Shown here piece by piece: positions 28,815-38,181 of a DNA stretch of 64,000 nt (positions are counted from its first letter, which is position 1; every line of letters starts with the position of its first letter). The stretch is from Candidatus Omnitrophota bacterium. GTDB lineage: Bacteria; Omnitrophota; Omnitrophia; Omnitrophales; Aquincolibacteriaceae. The DNA lies in contig JAUYMS010000040.1 in assembly GCA_030698625.1 (NCBI GenBank), positions 21,499 to 85,498 on the forward strand. The letters are read 5' to 3'. Both the position numbers and the translations under genes were made by a program. Under the pieces are notes generated by a model. It was not told the DNA's origin, did not search any database, and saw nothing but the letters and a program-made list of their open reading frames with translations.

Positions 28815-29737
28815 AGATAAAGTGGCCGTGGCTCAAAGAGGCGACCCGCAAAAAGGCACAACACGCCGGGCTTCGAAATCGTGTCGCTGAGATGAAAATG
28901 GCGCGAGCGGCCAGGGGGCTAATTCATAAGGACAACCCGAGTCTCTCTGTCATTATTCACTCGTTCAATCACAGGGAGAATATTGTCCCTATGATACGAA
29001 GCCTGGAGCGCATTCCGACCATTGAAGAGCTCATTATCTCTGAAGACGGCTCTCTCGACGGATCCCTGGAGGAATGGCTTCGCCACCTTGAAAAACCAAA
29101 TCATTTTTTAATCCGCTCCAACGATATTCACGAAATGCGTTCTTATGATCGGGCCATCGGACTCGCTCGTGCTCCCATATTTTGCCTGCTTCAAGATGAT
29201 GATGTCTTCTGCGGCACCCCCTGGGTAGAGCCTGTGCTTGCCCTTTTCGCAAAATATCCAAAACTCGCCATAGTGGGCGGCAACCTTGCGTCAGGGCGAA
29301 TTAGTCCCCATTTCCCCGACGGCCTTTATGGCAAGGACATCACGTCTCGTGATCCCGAAATCGATATCCCATTCCGGTTCGTCGAGAGTGCGGCGTTCGG
29401 GCCCTTCTTCATGAGGAAGGACGTGTACCGAGAGCTTGGTGGTTTTGATTACAGCATGTCACAGCCGGGACACAACTGCATCAACACAGACTCCGAAATT
29501 TGTTATCGTGCTTGGGACCGTGGCTACGCGGTGGGGCTCGCACACATACCCTTTGACCGCAGCAGCATTAAAGGCGGCAGCCATATTTTCAGCAAAGACT
29601 CGCGTGACATTGACGCTACAATTCGCACGCGAAAAATTATCAGCGATAAGTATGACAGCAGCTTCAAGGACATTCACGACAAAGTGTGCCGCGCCAACGA
29701 GCGGCTCGTTCCCATAGCTGAGGCACAACTCTTGTGA
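28811..29737 (+). CDS. Glycosyltransferase family 2
   Basis: LSVIIHSFNH, EDGSLDGS, QDDD, GGFD, DSEICYRA. Confidence 0.88.
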   Translation: MKIKWPWLKEATRKKAQHAGLRNRVAEMKMARAARGLIHKDNPSLSVIIHSFNHRENIVPMIRSLERIPTIEELIISEDGSLDGSLEEWLRHLEKPNHFLIRSNDIHEMRSYDRAIGLARAPIFCLLQDDDVFCGTPWVEPVLALFAKYPKLAIVGGNLASGRISPHFPDGLYGKDITSRDPEIDIPFRFVESAAFGPFFMRKDVYRELGGFDYSMSQPGHNCINTDSEICYRAWDRGYAVGLAHIPFDRSSIKGGSHIFSKDSRDIDATIRTRKIISDKYDSSFKDIHDKVCRANERLVPIAEAQLL

Positions 29738-29838
29738 ACTGGTTTAAGAAATTTTGGTGCGGCGTTAAAAAATGGTTTTCACAGCGCAAAGAAAAGCAAG
29801 CGGGGGATGTCCCTGACGACATCTACCCGTTATTCTAA
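29734..29838 (+). CDS. Small 34-aa peptide MNWFKKFWCGVKKWFSQRKEKQAGDVPDDIYPLF (not in ORF track)
   Basis: GTG overlaps upstream TGA (GTGA), GAGG upstream, TAA 5 bp before the next ATG; fills the only gap in this operon stretch. Confidence 0.7.
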   Translation: MNWFKKFWCGVKKWFSQRKEKQAGDVPDDIYPLF

Positions 29839-29843
29839 AAATC

Positions 29844-30869
29844 ATGAGCCTTTTTCTGAACTATCTTGCAGCATTAATCGGAGTTTTCCTGGTTGCCGAA
29901 GTGGCCGTGCGCCTCTTTGGGCAGCGTCCCTGGAAACCCTCCCGGGGAAAACGGGCCTGGCGCATTGAGCCGGAGGATACGCTCTATGCCAAGGATGCGA
30001 AACTCGGCCACACTCACTTGGCAGGCAAGCACCGCGCCGTGAGCAACCGCGATCCGAGCCATTCTTTTATCTTAACTCACGGCTCAGATACGCTGCGGGT
30101 TACCTCACCGCCCGAAAGGACGCCGCAGCATGACACCCGTTCTGAAATATGGATTTTTGGTTGCTCTTACACGCATGGGTGGGGTATCAACGATTGGGAA
30201 ACCTATCCTTGGCTATTGCAGGAGCGCTATCCCGAATATCATGTGATTAACTTTGGGGTAACGGCATACGGCACCATTCACTCGCTGATCCAGTTTGAAC
30301 AGCGGATCGCCAGCGGGCGTAAGCCTGCCTGCGTTGTCCTGGCATACAGCGGACGCCATGACATGCGCAACACAATGTCGCGTCACATGAGCAAGAAGAT
30401 AACGGCCGTCAATGCCCTCGGGGCCCTTGTCGAGCCCCATGCGTATTTTTCTGCCGACGGAAAACTTTCGTATGAGGCTCGCTTGGTGGAATATAAGCCC
30501 TGGCCGTTGATGAGGTATTCGGCATTCATACATACCCTTGAGGAGATGTTTACGCGCTGGGAGATGAGTCTTCATAGGAATCACGAAGTAACTCTCGCCG
30601 CAATCCGGCGATTCCGCGAAATTGCAACGCATCTGGGATCTCCATTTGTTATCGCGGGCATTTACCGTGTCCGGGCGAATATGCGCCGAACGCTTGAATC
30701 GGACCGGTTTCTCAAAGTCAATATTTCGGTCGACCTGGGAGATCCGAAAAATAACTGCCGGCCCTATGACCCGCATCCGAGCGCGGCGGCCAATCGGGTT
30801 TATGCCGATAAGCTTTCGGCTTTTCTAGATGCGAACGTCTTTGGCAATTTACCCGCGGAGGTGTCATGA
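29844..30869 (+). CDS. Membrane-anchored SGNH/GDSL hydrolase-like protein
   Basis: N-terminal hydrophobic anchor, FGCSYTHG, INFGVTAYG, DPHP. Confidence 0.8.
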   Translation: MSLFLNYLAALIGVFLVAEVAVRLFGQRPWKPSRGKRAWRIEPEDTLYAKDAKLGHTHLAGKHRAVSNRDPSHSFILTHGSDTLRVTSPPERTPQHDTRSEIWIFGCSYTHGWGINDWETYPWLLQERYPEYHVINFGVTAYGTIHSLIQFEQRIASGRKPACVVLAYSGRHDMRNTMSRHMSKKITAVNALGALVEPHAYFSADGKLSYEARLVEYKPWPLMRYSAFIHTLEEMFTRWEMSLHRNHEVTLAAIRRFREIATHLGSPFVIAGIYRVRANMRRTLESDRFLKVNISVDLGDPKNNCRPYDPHPSAAANRVYADKLSAFLDANVFGNLPAEVS

Positions 30870-31843
30870 TGCCCAAATGCCTCGTGCTTGGTGCCGACGG
30901 ATTCATGGGAAGTCACCTTAGCGAAAAGCTCGTGGAGGCGGGTCATGAGGTCGTCTGTTTTGACCGCTTCCGAAACGGAGAACCCAGGCACATCAAAGGC
31001 CTGTCGTTCAGGACCGAGGTCGTTCACGGTGATATCCGAGCCACATCGGCACTGGACAAAGCTTTGACGGGCTGTGATATCGTTTTCCATTTTGCTTCTG
31101 CAATCAAGCCTTACTCGGATAGCGTGGCCCCCGGCAAAGTTATTGAGGAAGAATCCGATGCCGCAATTCAGCTCTTCGATCTGTGCGTACGGCATAAAAT
31201 CAAAAAGATCATCTTCCCTTCAACAGGCGGTGCGGTGTACGGGGGAATGCCCTTATCAAAATCAACGATTTCCGAAACTCATGCTGCCAGGCCCGAACTC
31301 GCCTACGCTATTCACAAGCGCGGGCTCGAAAAGGTGCTAGCCCAATACGCCTCGGAGAAAAAGCTCAATTCTTGTGTATTGCGAATCTCGAACTGCTATG
31401 GCCCCCGCGCTCCTTTACGCGGCACTCAGGGGGTTATCAGTATTTTTATGCGGCACCTTGCGGACGGCGAACCTCCTTTGATCTACGGTGATGGCCGGTC
31501 CGTTCGAGATTATGTGTACGTGACCGACGTCATCTCGGCCATAATCCTGAGTGCGATGAATCCAACGCGCCACGCGATCTACAATATCGGAGCTGCGGAA
31601 GGTTACAGTGTCATAGAAATATTCGAAAAAATAAGAGAGATTGCGGAGCGCGATATCCGCCCCGTATTTCGTGAAGCAAGACAGAATGAGATACCCCGAA
31701 TCGTCTTGAACACCGACAGGTTTCGCCGAGAGTTCCTCTGGCGACCGCGGGTCGACTTTGAGACCGGCCTACGCCAGGTGTGGCAATGGATCGTTAATGA
31801 AACTCAGACCTCATCACTAAAGCAAATCGCGGAGAAAGCATAA
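30866..31843 (+). CDS. NAD-dependent epimerase/dehydratase
   Basis: LGADGFMGS, YAIHK (YxxxK), NCYGP, YGDGRSVRDYVYV. Confidence 0.92.
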   Translation: MMPKCLVLGADGFMGSHLSEKLVEAGHEVVCFDRFRNGEPRHIKGLSFRTEVVHGDIRATSALDKALTGCDIVFHFASAIKPYSDSVAPGKVIEEESDAAIQLFDLCVRHKIKKIIFPSTGGAVYGGMPLSKSTISETHAARPELAYAIHKRGLEKVLAQYASEKKLNSCVLRISNCYGPRAPLRGTQGVISIFMRHLADGEPPLIYGDGRSVRDYVYVTDVISAIILSAMNPTRHAIYNIGAAEGYSVIEIFEKIREIAERDIRPVFREARQNEIPRIVLNTDRFRREFLWRPRVDFETGLRQVWQWIVNETQTSSLKQIAEKA

Positions 31844-31845
31844 AC

Positions 31846-33543
31846 ATGATAGAAGTAACCACCAGAGAGTTGTCAAAGCAGCCCTCGACTGAAAAGCCCA
31901 ATGCCGTGATCTGGTACCTGGCAGTCCGGCCGTCTATAATCGACAGTTTGCGAGGGCTCTATGAGCACTTCAATAACCAGTACAAGTACCCGGTCATCAT
32001 CTTCACTTTCGGGCAGCCCTACTCAAAGGCCTTCATTAGCAAAATTCATCGAACCATTGACCCCGCGATTCGCTTTGTCAAAGTAAAGCCGCGCATTCCG
32101 GCGAATGTGCCTGAAAGCGAGCTCTTCTATAACCGCAAAGACATTCGCTATGTGCGCAAGAATTTCCCCGAAACCCGTATCGGATATCTCCATATGTGCC
32201 ACTTTATGGCAGGCGGTTTTCTCGACACAAAAGAGTTAGATGGCTACGACTGGGGCATGCGCCTCGATGACGACTCCTTCTTTTTGGAAGACATCTCCTT
32301 TGATTTCTTCCGCGTCATGCGCGATGGGCGATATCTCTATGGCACGGGGTATGAAAATGACCGCGAGCTTGCGCCGAAGCGAAGCGTCAATGATTGCACG
32401 AGCGGACTCTGGGAATTTACGGATGCCTATATGAAGAAAAACAGTATTGAGTCTGACTGGATTCAGCGTCACAGGCGCTCAGACGGAAGCTTTCACTATG
32501 TAGTCGGTGCAGGAAACATGACGCTGTGGAATCTTAACCTGTTCCGCAGCCCAGAGTGGCGTAGTTGGTGGAAGACGCTGCTCGAATCCGGCGGAATCTA
32601 TAAGTATCGTTGGGGCGATCAAGAAATCCACCGCCTCTTTATGCAAATGCAGTTCAAAGAGTCCGAGTGGAAATCATTCGCCCCCGAGCTCCTTGATTGC
32701 CGCTACAAGCATGAGTCGGTTCCGGAAAAACGCAAGTACTGGCACGGCGGGTTGGGGATGTGGCACACAAAACCTCATCGCTCTGCCGCACTCGCAGAGC
32801 ATCTGCGCGGCTACATGCGCAACCTTGCCCGGGCGTTATCCCCGAGAAAGTTCCTCGCTAGCCTTCGCCCGAAGCAACAGATGAACCTCACCGAAATGGG
32901 CAGACGCTTTCATGCGGAAAAGGCAGACCCGACAAGGCAGTATTTTGGCAAGTGTCTTACCGAGATTTACGAGCCCTATTTGACGGCATTTTGCGGGAAA
33001 CCCATTAAGTTGCTTGAGATTGGCGTGGCACGTGGGAAATCGCTGAGGATGTGGGCGAAATATTTCCCGCAGGCAAAGATCTTCGGGCTCGACATTAACC
33101 CTATAACTAGGAAATACGAGCGCGGAAGAATTCGGATTATTATCGGGTCCCAAAACGATCCGAACGTACTAGATGGAGTGAGCCGGGAAGCGGGCACACT
33201 TGACATCATCATCGACGACGGCAGTCACGTCAACACCCACATCCTTCAGTCCTTTGAAACCCTGTTCCCAAAACTGAATTCCGGCGGCGTTTATATCATC
33301 GAGGCTCTCCACTGTTCGTATCAAGATCTCGAAACAGCCGGGGGCATCGGGGTGCGTGAGGGATCGCGTCAAGGCTTGGGGTGGAGCGGCATGCATCTCA
33401 ATCCCGAGTCGGAATCTTTCACTAATCACCGCGAAGACATGGATCGTTTCTTTCTTGAGCGCATCAAACAACTGGATCACAAAGAAGGCAGTATTCAAAG
33501 CATCCACTTCTGGTCACGGACCTGTATCATCACAAAGGTATAA
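31846..33543 (+). CDS. GT15 (KRE2/Mnt1-like mannosyltransferase) domain fused to MycE-like O-methyltransferase
   Basis: FNNQYKYP, GYLHMCHF, MRLDDD, GGIYKYRWGD; C-terminal LLEIGVARG, GSQND, DIIIDDGSH. Confidence 0.78.
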   Translation: MIEVTTRELSKQPSTEKPNAVIWYLAVRPSIIDSLRGLYEHFNNQYKYPVIIFTFGQPYSKAFISKIHRTIDPAIRFVKVKPRIPANVPESELFYNRKDIRYVRKNFPETRIGYLHMCHFMAGGFLDTKELDGYDWGMRLDDDSFFLEDISFDFFRVMRDGRYLYGTGYENDRELAPKRSVNDCTSGLWEFTDAYMKKNSIESDWIQRHRRSDGSFHYVVGAGNMTLWNLNLFRSPEWRSWWKTLLESGGIYKYRWGDQEIHRLFMQMQFKESEWKSFAPELLDCRYKHESVPEKRKYWHGGLGMWHTKPHRSAALAEHLRGYMRNLARALSPRKFLASLRPKQQMNLTEMGRRFHAEKADPTRQYFGKCLTEIYEPYLTAFCGKPIKLLEIGVARGKSLRMWAKYFPQAKIFGLDINPITRKYERGRIRIIIGSQNDPNVLDGVSREAGTLDIIIDDGSHVNTHILQSFETLFPKLNSGGVYIIEALHCSYQDLETAGGIGVREGSRQGLGWSGMHLNPESESFTNHREDMDRFFLERIKQLDHKEGSIQSIHFWSRTCIITKV

Positions 33544-33546
33544 ACG

Positions 33547-34284
33547 ATGGCAAACTCCCTACTCACAATTATCGGGTTAGGCGGTGTTGAACGATGGGCG
33601 AGAAGCAGGCTGCACAACCATCGTATCCATAAGTACTTTGCCGCAAAAAGACCCGGGGACAATAACTCCCAGTTTGCGATGCAGGAGCTCCTTTTCCACG
33701 CTGCCGACGTGCTGGAGAAGCATCGGATTCCTTATTGGCTGGACTGCGGAACGCTCCTCGGGGCCTGGCGTCAGGGAAATAATCTTCCTCAAGACGCCGA
33801 TGTGGATATTGGAATTCTGGAAGAGGACGCTGACCGCGTTGTCGACCACCTCAAAGGCGATTTGAAACCGCCCTATGAAATTGTGGCCGAAGGCCTTTGC
33901 CCGCGTGTCTATAACCGTCTCATTAAGTTCCCTAAGAAAACCCGGCACTACCTGCCGAAAATGAAGTGGCCCATCCACGTTGATTTACGAATCTTCAAAC
34001 TCGAAGACGGTTTTGTTAAATGCAGCGATAGAATGGGTTACGACCAGAAGCGAAAATATCAATCCGGGGCGATCACCCCTGAGGGGTGGTCCATGGGAAA
34101 ACCGAAACCGGTGCCGGCAGAATGGGTCTTCCCACTTGCTAAATGCAGGGTTCGCGGCAGGGAATTTTCGGCTCCTCGAGAGACTGAGACATATCTCGAA
34201 TTCAAATACGGATGCATCGGTGAAATCGGCAAAGAATGCGTGTGGAATCCCGACACCCAAAAACTGGAGAAGATAAAGCAATGA
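33547..34284 (+). CDS. LicD-family phosphotransferase
   Basis: YWLDCGTLLGAWR, PQDADVDIG, VFPL...APRETETYLEFKYG. Confidence 0.88.
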   Translation: MANSLLTIIGLGGVERWARSRLHNHRIHKYFAAKRPGDNNSQFAMQELLFHAADVLEKHRIPYWLDCGTLLGAWRQGNNLPQDADVDIGILEEDADRVVDHLKGDLKPPYEIVAEGLCPRVYNRLIKFPKKTRHYLPKMKWPIHVDLRIFKLEDGFVKCSDRMGYDQKRKYQSGAITPEGWSMGKPKPVPAEWVFPLAKCRVRGREFSAPRETETYLEFKYGCIGEIGKECVWNPDTQKLEKIKQ

Positions 34285-35900
34285 AGAAACTGACTTTTAA
34301 TATTTGGATATCGGGAGAGGGCTATGCCAAGATATTTCTCGGGCCCCTGCTCCAAAGCATTGACGAGGTTTATCGCGGCACTGTGGGCTTGACCGTATGC
34401 TACGAAAACCTGAGTGATGATTTTCGTCTGGATTACAGCCGGCGGCTCCCATCCATTTACTGGCTCCCCGCCGGTGTCGCAGAGATGAAGCGTGACCATC
34501 TTCATGAGGGCTCCAAGCAACACTTGTGCAATTACACCTGGCTCAAAATGCTGGAGAAGGCCGATGACGGCTGGCATGCATTTATAGACGCAGACATGAT
34601 CCTGCTTCGCGATATACGCCACTTCTTTGAGGCGGACTTTGACGTAGCCTATACCTACTTTGACAGGACACACTTTTCTCCCGGAGGAGATATATCGCGG
34701 TCGGCTTCGGGCAAATATGATCGTATCAACCTGGGGGTCGTGCTCGTGAAGAACGTGGTCCACGGTTTGAGGTTTTTCCGAAAATGGGCAGAAGTGAGCG
34801 ACAAGTACTTGAGTGAACCTAAAAAATACGCCGACCTCACATGGGAGTGGGGTTCACCCGACCAAGCGGCATTCGTGAGTCTGCTAGCTACCGAGGATCA
34901 CACAAGACCCTATGAGCGTAACGGAATCAAATTACAGCCTTATTTAGCGCAGGATCTTAATGAGCCTGCGGGTCTGCCTATCACCGAAAGACAGCATGCG
35001 ATTCACCTCAAAAACTGGTGGCCGGTACTGCCGGACGGGAAGTGGGAGAACATCCGCTCTCCGAAGGCAAAGCAAGGTCGCAACGCTCGTGTTTGCGGCG
35101 AACAGTACCGCGCATGGCGGGGCTTCTATCACCGCTGGAATCGCCGCGGGGAATCCGGCTTGACTCACATCACGAGAAAGGTCGGAACGTTGATTCGTGA
35201 AGGTCGATTGCCCAATAGTTGGACGGCTTCGGTCCAGTCGTTCTTTAAGAAGCGCGGACTTGATAAACGCCTCACAAAATGGAAGAACGTGCTTGCTGCG
35301 GGTTTTTTCACAGCCAGAGCCTATGTCTGTTATAGGTTAAAGCGTCCTTTACCCGGACGGGAAGATTTGCCTTACCTCTTGCGAGTCTTGAAACTGGACG
35401 GCGAGGGAGTGGAGGTCGGAGTGCAAGGCGGCGGCTATTCCAAAAGATTGTTGCGTCACAGCGGCTTAGCGAAGCTCCATTCAGTGGATCCCTGGCAATC
35501 TTTTGAGGAGCACGAATATGTCAGCAGCGCCAACGTTTCACAGCAAGAACAGGATTGGCTCTACGCCAAGACACAAAGGAAACTGAACAGCTTCGGGGAC
35601 CGCAGCCAAATCTTGCGCATGGCGTCTACCCAGGCGGCGCCGCAATTCGCGGATGAAAGCCTGGACTTCGTATTCATCGATGCCAACCACGCCTATTCGG
35701 CGGTTAAAGAAGACATTGAGCACTGGTGGCCGAAAGTCAAAAAAGGCGGGCTCTTTGCAGGGCATGACTATCTCGATGGTGACCTCCCAACGGGCGATTA
35801 CGGGGTCAAACAAGCGGTAAATGAATTAATCAAGGAGCACGGGCAGGAACTCTTCGTCATCCCGCAAGAGTTCCCAACCTGGTATGTGATCAAGAAATGA
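34281..35900 (+). CDS. GT-A nucleotide-sugar transferase fused to Methyltransf_24 domain
   Basis: FIDADM, INLGVV, PDQAA; C-terminal VEVGVQGG, VDPW, FIDANH, AGHDY. Confidence 0.8.
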   Translation: MKKLTFNIWISGEGYAKIFLGPLLQSIDEVYRGTVGLTVCYENLSDDFRLDYSRRLPSIYWLPAGVAEMKRDHLHEGSKQHLCNYTWLKMLEKADDGWHAFIDADMILLRDIRHFFEADFDVAYTYFDRTHFSPGGDISRSASGKYDRINLGVVLVKNVVHGLRFFRKWAEVSDKYLSEPKKYADLTWEWGSPDQAAFVSLLATEDHTRPYERNGIKLQPYLAQDLNEPAGLPITERQHAIHLKNWWPVLPDGKWENIRSPKAKQGRNARVCGEQYRAWRGFYHRWNRRGESGLTHITRKVGTLIREGRLPNSWTASVQSFFKKRGLDKRLTKWKNVLAAGFFTARAYVCYRLKRPLPGREDLPYLLRVLKLDGEGVEVGVQGGGYSKRLLRHSGLAKLHSVDPWQSFEEHEYVSSANVSQQEQDWLYAKTQRKLNSFGDRSQILRMASTQAAPQFADESLDFVFIDANHAYSAVKEDIEHWWPKVKKGGLFAGHDYLDGDLPTGDYGVKQAVNELIKEHGQELFVIPQEFPTWYVIKK

Positions 35901-36535
35901 AACTCTTCCCCTGGCAAAAGAATAACATCGATCAGATCATCGATTTTCATCACCGCAATGACTCCGGATTCGCGCGGCATCATTTGGCACTTTACTCGGT
36001 AGTTTTGGGGCTCGAAACCAAAAGCGCATTTGAGTTTGGCTGCGGCCGTTCCACGCTTACGATACTTCGCGCCCTGCGTCAGACAGGGGGCAGGCTCATT
36101 TCCTGCGACCTGCGCGATCTTCCCGATACCGGTGTCGACGCAAACGATCTCTATCGCTTCAGGGATATATGGGATTACCTGCAGGGGGATTCGCTCGGGA
36201 TTGCTTCTGAGGTTGGGAATGAGATATTCGATTTCGTCTTACATGACGGCTCACACGAAGCGGATATCGTCCAGTCGGACCTCAGTAAGATCGTCCCCCG
36301 AATGATGAGAAACAGCATCCTCTTGCTTCATGACACCGACCACCCGACCCAGGACTATGGCCTGCAAGCTGCCGCAGAAAGAGCCCTGGCACCGTATCGC
36401 CACAGCCTGGTAACCCTTCCCTACGGTTATGGCCTCACCATCGTCAGGATCGATGAGGACTTCGGGCATGGGACAGTTCGGGTTGAGTGGAGAAAAACAA
36501 AATCCGGGAAGCCGAAGGTCAAGAAGAGAAAATGA
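35897..36535 (+). CDS. Class I SAM methyltransferase (Methyltransf_24)
   Basis: FEFGCGRST, SCDL, QGDS, LHDGSH, LHDT. Confidence 0.85.
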   Translation: MKLFPWQKNNIDQIIDFHHRNDSGFARHHLALYSVVLGLETKSAFEFGCGRSTLTILRALRQTGGRLISCDLRDLPDTGVDANDLYRFRDIWDYLQGDSLGIASEVGNEIFDFVLHDGSHEADIVQSDLSKIVPRMMRNSILLLHDTDHPTQDYGLQAAAERALAPYRHSLVTLPYGYGLTIVRIDEDFGHGTVRVEWRKTKSGKPKVKKRK

Positions 36536-38181
36536 AATTATCAATCGTCATCACGACATTCAATAGGGCTGAGTGCCTCAAGGCAAATCTCCTTGAATTT
36601 GCTAAGCAGACGGACACTGACTTCGAAGTGATCGTGGCTATGGATGGGTGCACCGACAAAACCGAGGACATGCTCTCAGAACTCCTGCCGGCTCTGCCTT
36701 ATGAACTCCGTTGGGTCGATACGGGCGAAACCGGCAAATACTGCTTGGGCAAAGCAAGAAACATGGGCATCCTGGAATCAACCGGCGAAGCGGTCGTCAT
36801 CCTCGACGATGACACCTTTCCCACTCCCGAATTTGTCCAAGAGCACAAGAGGACCGCTCGCCCCAGGACGATTACATGCGGCTATCGGAATTCTCATGAT
36901 CCGGCCGATGAGCTTCACGCCAAGATGAAAAGTCAAATGCAAAAACTCAAGCAGGGGAAACTCAACCGCATCAAAGGGGTAGAGAACAATGCCTGCATGT
37001 ATCGTGAGGATTGGATCGGATGCGGGCTCTTTTCTGAGAGAATCGAGGGCTACGGCGGCGTCGGGCAGGAGTTCATGCCCCGCCTAAGGTTTCAGGGATT
37101 CGGTTACCAATTTAACCCAAAGGCCATGGCCTATCATCACCGTGAATACGAAGGCGTCAACGGCCTGACGCGTGACAAAAAAAGCGAACAGCACACCGCA
37201 AATCTGGCGCAGCTCAGAAAATTCTTCCCCAAAGATCAGGGCGATGCCGTGCCGCAGAGCTTTGATGATCTCGCTGCCGTTCCTACTGCAAAGCTCTCCG
37301 GAATCCAGAAAACAATTGAAGAGATGAGATATTCCTACGCATTGCACCATGCCCGGTCCAGGAGGGCGTTGATCCTAGCTCCGTACGGACAGGAGTACTT
37401 CGATGACGGGCTAAAACACCTCACGGCATCCCGGGCGGTACGTGCGCTCGTGGCCCAAGGGAAACTGGACGTGCTGATATTCACCTCGAAACGCACGAAG
37501 ATTTCCCGTATTCCCGAGGGCTATCAAGTGCTTGCCATCTCAGACGTGCCGCGCTGGCCGCCTGCTCCCGCGCTGCAGAATCGCTTCATCAAATGGGCTA
37601 TCCCTTTACTTTTTCCTAATATAGGCTCAAGCATTTATCTCGACACCGATTTGCGGATCACCCACAGCAGCGAAAGATTGTCACAAATCTTTGCGACAAT
37701 CGAGGATAAGAAATTCATCCTATCTTTACACCCGCGTTCGGGGTGGCAGACGGAATATGAAAAAATAGTCCGCAAGGGGGCACATGATAATCGCGAGCTG
37801 CTCGAACAACAGCGGCGCTTATTTCTCGCCCTCGGTATCCCGGAGCAGATCGCTTTTTACCAATGCAATTTTATCGGCCGCCGCCACGATGCTCTGGAGA
37901 ACAACCCCTTTTATCTAAATGTCTTACAGCAATTAAACTGCTACAGCGGACGGGACCAGTTAGCGGTCGCTTACGCGCTCTTCGTCACAGATATTAAGCC
38001 GTACAGTCTCCCGGTTGGGGAAGATCTATTCGCTTATGCACCGAAACTGCAAAACAATATGCCATGTTTCGTTGATGAAAAGGCGTGGCCTCGATTCAAA
38101 CAGCTTGCGCTCAAGGACGAGAGGCGGAAGAAATCTCCCGTTCAAAGGATACTCTCATGGTCACGAAATCCGGATTGGTAA
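36532..38181 (+). CDS. GT2 fused to DUF616 (TOD1/MUCI70-like) glycosyltransferase domain
   Basis: LSIVITTFNR, DGCTD, ARNMG, LDDD; C-terminal NRFIKW, SIYLD, GRDQLA. Confidence 0.75.
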   Translation: MKLSIVITTFNRAECLKANLLEFAKQTDTDFEVIVAMDGCTDKTEDMLSELLPALPYELRWVDTGETGKYCLGKARNMGILESTGEAVVILDDDTFPTPEFVQEHKRTARPRTITCGYRNSHDPADELHAKMKSQMQKLKQGKLNRIKGVENNACMYREDWIGCGLFSERIEGYGGVGQEFMPRLRFQGFGYQFNPKAMAYHHREYEGVNGLTRDKKSEQHTANLAQLRKFFPKDQGDAVPQSFDDLAAVPTAKLSGIQKTIEEMRYSYALHHARSRRALILAPYGQEYFDDGLKHLTASRAVRALVAQGKLDVLIFTSKRTKISRIPEGYQVLAISDVPRWPPAPALQNRFIKWAIPLLFPNIGSSIYLDTDLRITHSSERLSQIFATIEDKKFILSLHPRSGWQTEYEKIVRKGAHDNRELLEQQRRLFLALGIPEQIAFYQCNFIGRRHDALENNPFYLNVLQQLNCYSGRDQLAVAYALFVTDIKPYSLPVGEDLFAYAPKLQNNMPCFVDEKAWPRFKQLALKDERRKKSPVQRILSWSRNPDW

